32,802 nt of DNA from a virus, in the IMG/VR virus record IMGVR_UViG_3300025585_000026; one strand, 5' to 3'. The notes below the pieces were generated by a model. The model saw only the letters and a program-made list of their open reading frames with translations. It had not been told where the DNA came from and searched no databases. Each line of letters opens with the position of its first letter. The first letter of the stretch is position 1. Below, piece by piece: positions 23,727 to 31,536 of this stretch. Made by a program: the position numbers and the translations under genes.

Positions 23727-24424
23727 ACTTTTCTTGGTCGTCCTCTACGCTTTGGAGCTTCAGGAACTACTTCTTCCTCAAACTCATCTTGGCTACCTTC
23801 TTCAACCGACTCATCAACCTCGATAGAACGGATCACCTCCTTTCGATGTGAACGAAGGTCAGTGCCTTCGTTACCTTCTACTCGTTGCAGTAACAACTCT
23901 ACCTGTTCTTCTAATTTAGCTGTTCTCTTTTGCTCACGCTCAAGCTGCTGTTTAAGAGCAACTACGTTGAATTGAGTCGAATTAGCTGCTTCCAACCAAT
24001 CCTTAGCCATCTTGATAAATCGTCCAGTTGGTCCAAGACGCCGCTTAATCTCATCATGAGCTTCTGCAAGTTGCTCAACAGTCTTGAATCCAAGATGCTG
24101 CAACTCACGAAGCGTAGAACCGTTCATCAATGTCCACTCAGCAAGTGGCGTTCCGCTTACTACAACCTCACTACCAGCCTTAAATGCAGCATATAGCTCT
24201 GGGTAATCAGCTACGTCTTGTGGCTCAATTTTACGAACAGTCTCATCACCACCTGGATATTGAATAGAGATAGAAGGAATCTCATCAAAAATTGCTCGTC
24301 CAGCGACAAGCGATTTCTCCTTATTTTCATTATATGCATTGAAAAAACGAACATTAGCGCCATGAAATCTTTTTTTAGGCTGCATCTGTCCATTCATTAA
24401 AGTGTTCCAGTCAATCTGTGCCAT
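23723..24424 (-). CDS. structural-module protein with C-terminal AT-hook-like KRRGRPRK
   Basis: 233 aa. HhH/SAP-like LRELQHLGFKTVEQLAEAH, then a coiled coil, an acidic tract and RRGRPRKV. Confidence 0.5.
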   Translation of the reverse strand: MAQIDWNTLMNGQMQPKKRFHGANVRFFNAYNENKEKSLVAGRAIFDEIPSISIQYPGGDETVRKIEPQDVADYPELYAAFKAGSEVVVSGTPLAEWTLMNGSTLRELQHLGFKTVEQLAEAHDEIKRRLGPTGRFIKMAKDWLEAANSTQFNVVALKQQLEREQKRTAKLEEQVELLLQRVEGNEGTDLRSHRKEVIRSIEVDESVEEGSQDEFEEEVVPEAPKRRGRPRKV

Positions 24425-24434
24425 GTTTCTTATC

Positions 24435-25190
24435 CTATGTGTTCCATTTGGCAGACAAATAGTTTTCTACCAAACTCACATTATCTGTAGACAAGATTGA
24501 ATTATATATCAGAATTTCGCAAATCATGCCTTGAAAGTAAGTTCCTGGATCTCGACCCACATATTCTGTCGCAGCAGAACCTAAACCAAATCCGGTTGCG
24601 CTAGCATTGCTTGCAACTTGTGTTTTATTGACTCTCAGTTTGCCTCCACCTGTTCCTACAGTGACGGTTACTGTAGATTGATTGGTCATTGTTGCATTGC
24701 CAAAAAAGTCTAAAACGGTCCCTGCTGCATTTCGACAAACTACATACGCATTTGTTGTGACCATTCCGATTGACAATCCTGTACCACCTACGATCAATCC
24801 TTGCGCTCTATTCTCAAAGCCATAGGTGCCCGTCCGAGTCGGCTTTGCCACCATAAAATATGTAAAATTGGCTAATGGTGTTACATTTGTTGCGAAGTTT
24901 AAAAACTCAGTTGTACCGTTGAATTGCAATGCTGGTAGTCCATTAACGCCATTTGCTGCACTTCGCCACTTCGGACCAGTTCCACCGCTGTTAACTAAAT
25001 TCTTATTGTTTGTAGATCGATCAGTAGCGGTATAAACCGTAGTATTATCGGTCGTAATTAAATTACCGCCTGAATCTTTAATGCCGTTATCAGCAGAAAT
25101 CCATGAAAGAAGTCCAGTGATGCTTTTTGGATCAAAGGCTGTTTTGCCTCGTCCTACCGTAATAGCGACACCACCAACGCCTATAAGCAT
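24435..25190 (-). CDS. LamG/concanavalin-A-like lectin domain protein (paralog of 28749..30158)
   Basis: 251 aa from the ATG at 25190 (SD AGGA), which avoids overlap with the upstream gene. C-terminal FQGMICEILIYNSILSTDNVSLVENYLSAKW is the LamG-type end motif. It shares CRNAAGTV with the 469-aa protein. Confidence 0.65.
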   Translation of the reverse strand: MLIGVGGVAITVGRGKTAFDPKSITGLLSWISADNGIKDSGGNLITTDNTTVYTATDRSTNNKNLVNSGGTGPKWRSAANGVNGLPALQFNGTTEFLNFATNVTPLANFTYFMVAKPTRTGTYGFENRAQGLIVGGTGLSIGMVTTNAYVVCRNAAGTVLDFFGNATMTNQSTVTVTVGTGGGKLRVNKTQVASNASATGFGLGSAATEYVGRDPGTYFQGMICEILIYNSILSTDNVSLVENYLSAKWNT

Positions 25191-25203
25191 GGCAAATCCT
25201 AAT

Positions 25204-25458
25204 TTAGTACAGTGCCACAATAAGTGTAGCAGTTGTTGCAGCCATAACATTTTTTGCAAACACTGGTAAAAGTGTTCCTGCTGGTACAGTCAGTGAAACA
25301 GCCGCTGAATCATCGACGCATTTCAGGCTTACAACACCTGCGCCACCAACCCACAAAGCTCTACAGCCAGTAAGGTCAGTGGAGTCAGAAGGCGTGACAG
25401 CAGCAACACGACGAGCTGAAAAAAGAGCAGTTGGGTTTGAAGGTGTAAAATCTGGCAT
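25204..25458 (-). CDS. small conserved-looking virion protein (hypothetical)
   Basis: 84 aa (...VTPSDSTDLTGCRALWVGGAGVVSL...VPAGTLLPVFAKNVMAATTATLIVAL). Confidence 0.5.
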   Translation of the reverse strand: MPDFTPSNPTALFSARRVAAVTPSDSTDLTGCRALWVGGAGVVSLKCVDDSAAVSLTVPAGTLLPVFAKNVMAATTATLIVALY

Positions 25459-25503
25459 AAATCATCAATAAAGTTGGGAAGCTAAACAAGCCTTCCCAAT
25501 AAG

Positions 25504-25809
25504 TTATACAGCTTTTGTAAACTTGAGGTAGTAAAAAGACACACCATTACTAACCACAACAAAGCAGTTAGTGTCTGTGTCAGCATCTTTAACTACGCCT
25601 ACAAATCCAGTACCAACAGCAGCAGGAGTACCAAAAGAGGTAGTCAGCTCTGCGGCTGTAGGAGTTGTATCGTTTACGTTGTTGATTGCTTGCTTGGTAC
25701 GAACACCAGCAGCAGTAGCGTTTACGACAGCAGAATTAACTCCATCGCAAATCTGTACAGCTTGCTCGGGTGGCAAACCAAGTCCAATAAGGTTTGTAAC
25801 TGTTGGCAT
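25504..25809 (-). CDS. hypothetical protein
   Basis: 101 aa, SD GAGGAAtatATG. Confidence 0.5.
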   Translation of the reverse strand: MPTVTNLIGLGLPPEQAVQICDGVNSAVVNATAAGVRTKQAINNVNDTTPTAAELTTSFGTPAAVGTGFVGVVKDADTDTNCFVVVSNGVSFYYLKFTKAV

Positions 25810-25819
25810 ATATTCCTCG

Positions 25820-25847
25820 AAAAAAAGCGGGGTATTTCTACCCCGCT
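25820..25847 (-). terminator. Rho-independent terminator after the capsid/decoration genes
   Basis: On the minus strand, AGCGGGG-TAGAAATA-CCCCGCT is followed by TTTTTT (7-bp GC-rich stem). Confidence 0.75.
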
Positions 25848-25853
25848 TTAACC

Positions 25854-26351
25854 TTAGTCAATCGACAAAGTTTTGACGGATTGAAGTTCAGCAGCAGCAG
25901 CAGTTGCGCCAACTGTAGTAAGCCCAATCACACCAGGAAGCAGTACAAACGATCCACCAGAAGCATCATCACAGACGCCACCAGTTGCAGTCGTGTATAC
26001 TGATGACTTTGCTGTGTAGTTGATAAGACGACCTTTAATGCCCTTACCACTTCCACCACCAGCAACTCCACCAACCCAAACCCAAACATATTCGTTTGTA
26101 TTTGCAGCTACCTGAACTGCTCCAAAGTTACGAACCTTAGTAGCAGCCTCAGTATTGTCCATCTGTACTACTGTGAAGTCATCTTTTACCGATACAAAAT
26201 CGTATTGAGTAAGAGCTTCAGCAGCTTTACAGAAAATAAATAGACCTTCTGGCGAATGTCCTTGATCACCAAGTTTAGCTGGTAATGAAGGTACAGTAGT
26301 CGCATCAAAAGTTCGCTTATAATTCACTCCGAATGATCCTGAACCTGACAT
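25854..26351 (-). CDS. possible capsid decoration/accessory protein
   Basis: 165 aa, beta-rich, immediately downstream of the MCP and upstream of the terminator. Strong SD AGGAGGAAcagaatATG. Confidence 0.35.
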   Translation of the reverse strand: MSGSGSFGVNYKRTFDATTVPSLPAKLGDQGHSPEGLFIFCKAAEALTQYDFVSVKDDFTVVQMDNTEAATKVRNFGAVQVAANTNEYVWVWVGGVAGGGSGKGIKGRLINYTAKSSVYTTATGGVCDDASGGSFVLLPGVIGLTTVGATAAAAELQSVKTLSID

Positions 26352-26370
26352 ATTCTGTTCCTCCTATTCT

Positions 26371-27327
26371 TTAAGCGTAAATAACAGCCTGAAGTGCAGG
26401 AGCTGAACAGCAGAGGTTTCCTTCCACAATGATCACTGTGAAGAAAGCATCCTGATCAACAGGACGATTCATCTCAGGAGCAAGTGGCTTGAAGTCTGCG
26501 CCACGAACCATGTCAAACGACCAATACTTAGTATTGAGAAGTCGTACAGAGTTTGTCTCAAGCACTGACGATCCGTATCCACCATCGAATACGAAATCAC
26601 ATCCGTCATAGCTCAGTGCACGGAATCCAGCCGTAGCTTTCTTTGCAGGAAGCTGAATACGCTGAATAGCTGTGAGAGAGCTGTGTAGGAACTTCCAAGC
26701 AGTACGATCACAAAGTGCAAGGTCAGGAGTCTCATCACCACGAGTGATTTGAGAAATTGCATCCGTTACTTGTTCTTGTATGTTAGAAGCACTGAGGGTT
26801 ACGTTTACCGCAAGGTTACGAGCCCAAGTGTTGCTAGTACGGTCGATCTGACCATAAGTTCCTGACGATGGAGAAGTTGAAACTGCCTTTTTAATACCGT
26901 CAAACTCAAGTCCACCGCTTCCAGTTCCATCGCCACGAAGCGATGTAGATACGGTATTCTTCAGACGGCTGATAGCAGCCTTCATCTTCATCTCAGCGAG
27001 ATCAAGCAACATAGCTTGATCACGGTTAGCACGACGATCACGACCGCTGATAGCTACTGGCTCGTATGCTTGCTTGATAGCGAAGCGAAAAGCAGTTGCA
27101 TCATCGATTGCATCGAGGTTGAAAGAAGAAAATCCAGCGTAGAATCCACCTACAGCCGCATCATTGTACATGATTGGCTTACGGAGTTCATATCCACCAG
27201 AAAATTTACGAATAAGACCTTGATCATCCAGCGACTTTAAAAGCGGATTGTGGTGAAGTACCTCATCAGCGATTGCATCAGACTGGTCAAACAAGGTCGC
27301 TACGATTGCTTCCTCAAGATTTGCCAT
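26371..27327 (-). CDS. major capsid protein
   Basis: 318 aa. Follows the scaffold gene and precedes a strong terminator. The N-terminal pattern (...HHNPLLKSLDDQGLIRKFSGGYELRKPIMYN...) resembles podovirus HK97-fold capsid proteins. Confidence 0.7.
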   Translation of the reverse strand: MANLEEAIVATLFDQSDAIADEVLHHNPLLKSLDDQGLIRKFSGGYELRKPIMYNDAAVGGFYAGFSSFNLDAIDDATAFRFAIKQAYEPVAISGRDRRANRDQAMLLDLAEMKMKAAISRLKNTVSTSLRGDGTGSGGLEFDGIKKAVSTSPSSGTYGQIDRTSNTWARNLAVNVTLSASNIQEQVTDAISQITRGDETPDLALCDRTAWKFLHSSLTAIQRIQLPAKKATAGFRALSYDGCDFVFDGGYGSSVLETNSVRLLNTKYWSFDMVRGADFKPLAPEMNRPVDQDAFFTVIIVEGNLCCSAPALQAVIYA

Positions 27328-27371
27328 TTTGTTGTCCTTAAAGTTTTACTTACAGGACAACTAGGCTTGCG

Positions 27372-28445
27372 CTAATCGCCACCAAATCGGCGACGCAAGT
27401 TATCCCGTAAATCTTTTGATACTACTCTCGGAGTCCCACTACCTGCGGAGCCCGAGATTGAGCGAGAAGCGGATTTAGCCTTTTGGACTACCGCTTGTTT
27501 TTGATCCATCACCACTTTTGCAGTCATAGCTTGATTGAGACTGGAAAAAGTTGGGTTGCCAGCTACTACATAGTTATAGGCAGTTTCTAGTATCTCCTCA
27601 GGAGAGCCATACTTACCTGTACTTGTTAGCGCACTCACGATTGGAGCCATTTCAGCCTCTAACTGCGAAGCTGTTTCTGGATCTCTAAACAGAGGTTTAG
27701 CCGACATGAAGGATTCTACAACCCGTTCATTATAGTAGGCAACGGCAGATTTTTGTTGCTGCTGTTGGTATGCTTGGAACTTCTCATCGGCTATACGTTC
27801 AGCCTCCTCTCTGGTAAGGTAGTTTTGCTGTGGCTGTTGGTATCCCTGCTGCAACGCTTGCTGTTGCTGCTGCGTCAAATCCTCAAGACTAAGACCATAA
27901 GAGTCCAACCATTCTAACGCTGTTTGAACTGGGTCAGCTTTCATAGCTTGGTCCCAGGCAATAGAGCGTTTAGCTATATCACCAAGTGAAATACCCTGCT
28001 TTGCATAATCAGCTTCATACTGTTTGATTGTCTCAAGCACAGGAGACGTTTGTGCCTTCATCTGCTCAATCTCGACCATATGGCGCTGATGGTCGCTTCT
28101 AAGCTCGTATGCTCGACGATTCATATACTGCTGTAGGATATGAGCATTGGCAGGAGTAGGATTGAGAAACGCATCTTTCTCAGCTTTATTCATATCAGCT
28201 GGTGGAACTACTGGGATGCGCTCAACCTGCGGTTGTTCTACCGCCTGAACTTCCTCCTGAACTTCTTCAGTCTCAGGATTATTATGTTCTGGCGCATCGC
28301 TAACAACTGCGTCATCTTCTTTCTTAAATTGCTTAGAAAGAGCTTGTCGAATACTAATCTTTTCTTCTTCATGGTCAGCAACTACCTCAGTATCTTCAGG
28401 CGTTAAATCCTGCACTTCTTCTACATTAGTTTGTACATTATCCAT
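27372..28445 (-). CDS. putative scaffolding protein
   Basis: 357 aa. Acidic N-terminus, Gln-rich helical/coiled-coil body, basic C-terminus. Immediately upstream of the MCP. Confidence 0.6.
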   Translation of the reverse strand: MDNVQTNVEEVQDLTPEDTEVVADHEEEKISIRQALSKQFKKEDDAVVSDAPEHNNPETEEVQEEVQAVEQPQVERIPVVPPADMNKAEKDAFLNPTPANAHILQQYMNRRAYELRSDHQRHMVEIEQMKAQTSPVLETIKQYEADYAKQGISLGDIAKRSIAWDQAMKADPVQTALEWLDSYGLSLEDLTQQQQQALQQGYQQPQQNYLTREEAERIADEKFQAYQQQQQKSAVAYYNERVVESFMSAKPLFRDPETASQLEAEMAPIVSALTSTGKYGSPEEILETAYNYVVAGNPTFSSLNQAMTAKVVMDQKQAVVQKAKSASRSISGSAGSGTPRVVSKDLRDNLRRRFGGD

Positions 28446-28752
28446 TTAGTCTATCCTTCACTTGTCTCATAAAATTGGACACAATCTTGCGTTCTCGTGA
28501 CTCAACATCACGATCAGGATTGTAGCCACGCTCAAATTCAGTCCCAACCTCAACAGCACCAGCCGCTTTATATGCAGCTCTCAGTTTGCTTTTGCTTGTG
28601 TATATCTCTTTAGGATTAAGCGGATTTCTAGTTGGTGGCATTTCATCATGTATAAAGTTATGTGATGCATTTGCATGTACTCGCACCATCACATCCTCTA
28701 CTGGAACAACTTTTTGTTGTATTGGACACCATTGAAATAATTTATATTTCAT
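28438..28752 (-). CDS. hypothetical protein
   Basis: 104 aa, translationally coupled on both sides. Confidence 0.5.
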   Translation of the reverse strand: MKYKLFQWCPIQQKVVPVEDVMVRVHANASHNFIHDEMPPTRNPLNPKEIYTSKSKLRAAYKAAGAVEVGTEFERGYNPDRDVESRERKIVSNFMRQVKDRLNG

Positions 28753-30158
28753 AATTCATCCATTGTTGCCAACATTAGCAAGGCTCTTAGTTGTTTGTTC
28801 CGTTTAATGTTGTTTTGATATGATTCAACAAGACTAGCAACTTTTTGCCTTTCATTTAATGACATTTCTTTTGGAATTTCAATTTCAACTGGAACAATTT
28901 CATTCTGTTCTAAGTTAAGTTTTATATTGAAAGGTTGTTTTGGTTCAGGCTGCTTTACTCCTTTTAGTTGCCGTTCTTGTAAGATTTGTGCAGCTACGTT
29001 TTCTTCTTCTATTTCCTGTTGAGTGCGTTTTCGTTTTTTGCGACTTGGTTTATTAAGAATATCAGATTTGTCTGCTGATTCAGCAATTAGTTCGACAGTC
29101 GGATTGTAAACCGTTGTCGTAGCAGCAAGGAGGTTTAGACTGATGTTGACCGCACCTGCTGTAAGTGTTGGCTGATAAACCTGTGTTGTTGCAGGTATCA
29201 AATTTAAATTGATGAAGTCGCCGGTAACGATGGTCGGTTGATAAACATTGGTCGTTGCCGTAATTCTGTTTAGATTTATGTTCGCTGTGGTTGTAATGGT
29301 TGGATTGCGAACCGTTGTTGTTGCAGCAATGGCATTAAGATTTACGTTAGCTGTAGCAGCTACTGTTGGATTATAAACGGTAGTAGTGGCTGCAATCGTA
29401 TTGAGAGAGATGTCTTGAGTAAGAGCCAGATTGTATTTAGAAACGGTGCTTTCTCGGAAACCAGCACCTCGACCGCAGAGATAAAGAGAGCGTACATCGC
29501 TAGCAGTCAACGCTCGATTATATAAACGCACATCATCTAAGCAGCCATTGAAGAATGTTCCTATGGCTGCACGAAAAGACGCGCCAATTCCGAACCGTTC
29601 CCAGGTTGTGCTTTGATTGCCACCAAGCGTTACCTGGCTTGCTTCTTCTATTCCGTTAATATACAGCCGAGCGCCAACCGATCCGCTTCCACCAACAACT
29701 GCTGCGACGTGAATCCATTTATCCGTGTTTACTGCTGAAGTGCTGGTAATGTCCCAGTTAACAGTTCCAGCAGCGTTTCTGCATAAAAAGTTAAGTAGTG
29801 TGTTGGTTGTGGTACTGGCTCGTATGAATATGGATGGGTCGTTTACACCAACGACGCCTCCACCAAAAACCTGTCCAAATCCTGCTGTTGCGGTTTTCAT
29901 CCAACCGCTGAATGTAAAGCGCCGTCCTCCGAGCGCATCTCTGAACGTACTGTAGTCTTCGCTGACTACATAGTTATTAGTGCCGTCAAAGTTGAGTGCC
30001 CAGCCACCATCAACGACCCAATCCGACGAGCCAGTAAAACCACTCATCGTACCGTGATTAAGGCAATTTGAACGGTCGATTAGTTGGTTAACGCCAGTAG
30101 AGCCAGCCCAAGGCAACCACCAACAAAATAAACCGTTTTGCGGCGGTCGCCGAGACAT
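28749..30158 (-). CDS. LamG-domain protein with five 22-aa tandem repeats and a basic/coiled-coil C-terminus
   Basis: 469 aa. LamG-type end motif FFNGCLDDVRLYNRALTASDVRSLY. Repeats of the form NLNxIAATTTVYNPTVxxxAN, then KKRKR and a helical tail. Confidence 0.7.
   Translation of the reverse strand: MSRRPPQNGLFCWWLPWAGSTGVNQLIDRSNCLNHGTMSGFTGSSDWVVDGGWALNFDGTNNYVVSEDYSTFRDALGGRRFTFSGWMKTATAGFGQVFGGGVVGVNDPSIFIRASTTTNTLLNFLCRNAAGTVNWDITSTSAVNTDKWIHVAAVVGGSGSVGARLYINGIEEASQVTLGGNQSTTWERFGIGASFRAAIGTFFNGCLDDVRLYNRALTASDVRSLYLCGRGAGFRESTVSKYNLALTQDISLNTIAATTTVYNPTVAATANVNLNAIAATTTVRNPTITTTANINLNRITATTNVYQPTIVTGDFINLNLIPATTQVYQPTLTAGAVNISLNLLAATTTVYNPTVELIAESADKSDILNKPSRKKRKRTQQEIEEENVAAQILQERQLKGVKQPEPKQPFNIKLNLEQNEIVPVEIEIPKEMSLNERQKVASLVESYQNNIKRNKQLRALLMLATMDEL
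29101..29414. repeat. ~66-bp tandem repeat, about 4.75 diverged units (coding)
   Basis: Units start GGATTGTAAACC / GGCTGATAAACC / GGTTGATAAACA / GGATTGCGAACC / GGATTATAAACG at 66-bp spacing. Confidence 0.75.
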
Positions 30159-30159
30159 A

Positions 30160-30666
30160 TTATGTCACCGTCTGGAATACAGGTTGTATAGAAATAACAT
30201 GATCTCCTGATGTAGCGGAAAGAGTTTGCCCTGTATTATGAACTACCCAGACAACAAATTTCGTTGGCAAAACACCACCAAAAATCGCTGCAACTGATAC
30301 ACCGGAGAACCAGTATGTAACTCCTGTAGTAGCATCAATAACCATCTCTGCTGCAAACCTACAAATTTGATTTTTTTGATTTGCAGAAGTTACGCTTCTA
30401 TTTGCATCCGAACCAGTGAATTGATCGGGATATGTAGTGCCATCAGTGATTGCAACTACAAACACTTGAATGGCTCTGTTTGTTGTTGGAGCGACAGTGG
30501 TGTTTACCCTTATCTTTCCCGACAACAAATAATCTAGGTATTTGTTAGTAGTGTTATCAATTTCTGTGGATTGACGACCAGCTAGCAGGTTAGTATCAGA
30601 TGCTAAACTAGCAAGTGAGATTGTTGCCGTCGTAGACGATGGGTAACTAAATTTTACGTCAGCCAT
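30160..30666 (-). CDS. hypothetical beta-rich virion-module protein
   Basis: 168 aa. Confidence 0.5.
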   Translation of the reverse strand: MADVKFSYPSSTTATISLASLASDTNLLAGRQSTEIDNTTNKYLDYLLSGKIRVNTTVAPTTNRAIQVFVVAITDGTTYPDQFTGSDANRSVTSANQKNQICRFAAEMVIDATTGVTYWFSGVSVAAIFGGVLPTKFVVWVVHNTGQTLSATSGDHVISIQPVFQTVT

Positions 30667-31105
30667 TGATTCTCCTTGCTGCTTGTACGAGTCCTATACC
30701 TAGTTCTCCATAGCCATACATATCGACCCATTTGATAGTTACGTTTGCCATATCAGACATCGCATCAGCATCTGCTGCGTCTACAATGTTATATCCAACT
30801 AATCCGACCATCATATCCTGAGTGATTGGATCATCCATATCGACTGTTTGCAATCGGTTCCCTACGTCGTCAATCCAGGCTTTGATATTAAGACACAACC
30901 TACGTTCGCCTACGTCTGACGCTGTACATCCTTCTTCGATAGTAGCGTAGAAACCTTGCTTAATTGCATACGCTTTTAGAGCGCCACAATCGACGGGTTG
31001 CCGCACAACTTCAGTTTTGGCATTGATTATATCAGCAGCGTCTTGGTCGCTTTTGTCCTGATATATCGGCTTTTTCAGCTCATCGCAAAGTGCTGTGTAG
31101 TCCAT
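30659..31105 (-). CDS. hypothetical acidic protein
   Basis: 148 aa. Confidence 0.5.
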   Translation of the reverse strand: MDYTALCDELKKPIYQDKSDQDAADIINAKTEVVRQPVDCGALKAYAIKQGFYATIEEGCTASDVGERRLCLNIKAWIDDVGNRLQTVDMDDPITQDMMVGLVGYNIVDAADADAMSDMANVTIKWVDMYGYGELGIGLVQAARRING

Positions 31106-31109
31106 AACA

Positions 31110-31535
31110 CTATATAGAGAAAATGCCTGAAGCGTTGAAGGTTACGGTGATATTACCGCCGTTTGGAGTAACAGGGAGTCCACTTGCGGCAACATCAATG
31201 AAACAGATAAGTGGACTTGTTCCTGCTGTTCCTGTGTCTTTAAAGATGATCAGTGCTTCCACACTGACTCCTGTGACGGAAGTAAAAGTTACATCTGCTG
31301 CATCGAATGTACCGCTTGTAACTGACTTTGAGCCGAGTGTTTGTGCAGTTCCTACCAACGCACTAGAAGCCGAAGTCCAAAACTCATCCGCTGCGTTGTA
31401 GGTGTAGGTGCCGGTATCGATGAGCGCAATTTTGATTGTGTCATCAATGAGGTCAACGGCGGAGCCTGATGTAATGCCGAGTGTGCCTGGGTTAAGAATT
31501 TTCTCTTTGTATTTTGGATAGAGTACGTTTGTCAT
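31110..31535 (-). CDS. hypothetical beta-rich virion-module protein
   Basis: 141 aa. Starts 1 nt after the portal stop. Confidence 0.5.
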   Translation of the reverse strand: MTNVLYPKYKEKILNPGTLGITSGSAVDLIDDTIKIALIDTGTYTYNAADEFWTSASSALVGTAQTLGSKSVTSGTFDAADVTFTSVTGVSVEALIIFKDTGTAGTSPLICFIDVAASGLPVTPNGGNITVTFNASGIFSI

Positions 31536-31536
31536 A

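Noticed and set aside
24435-30158. Diversity-generating retroelement targeting the LamG/lectin-fold genes
   Set aside because: No reverse transcriptase ORF, and I found no template/variable repeat pair with adenine-specific mismatches.
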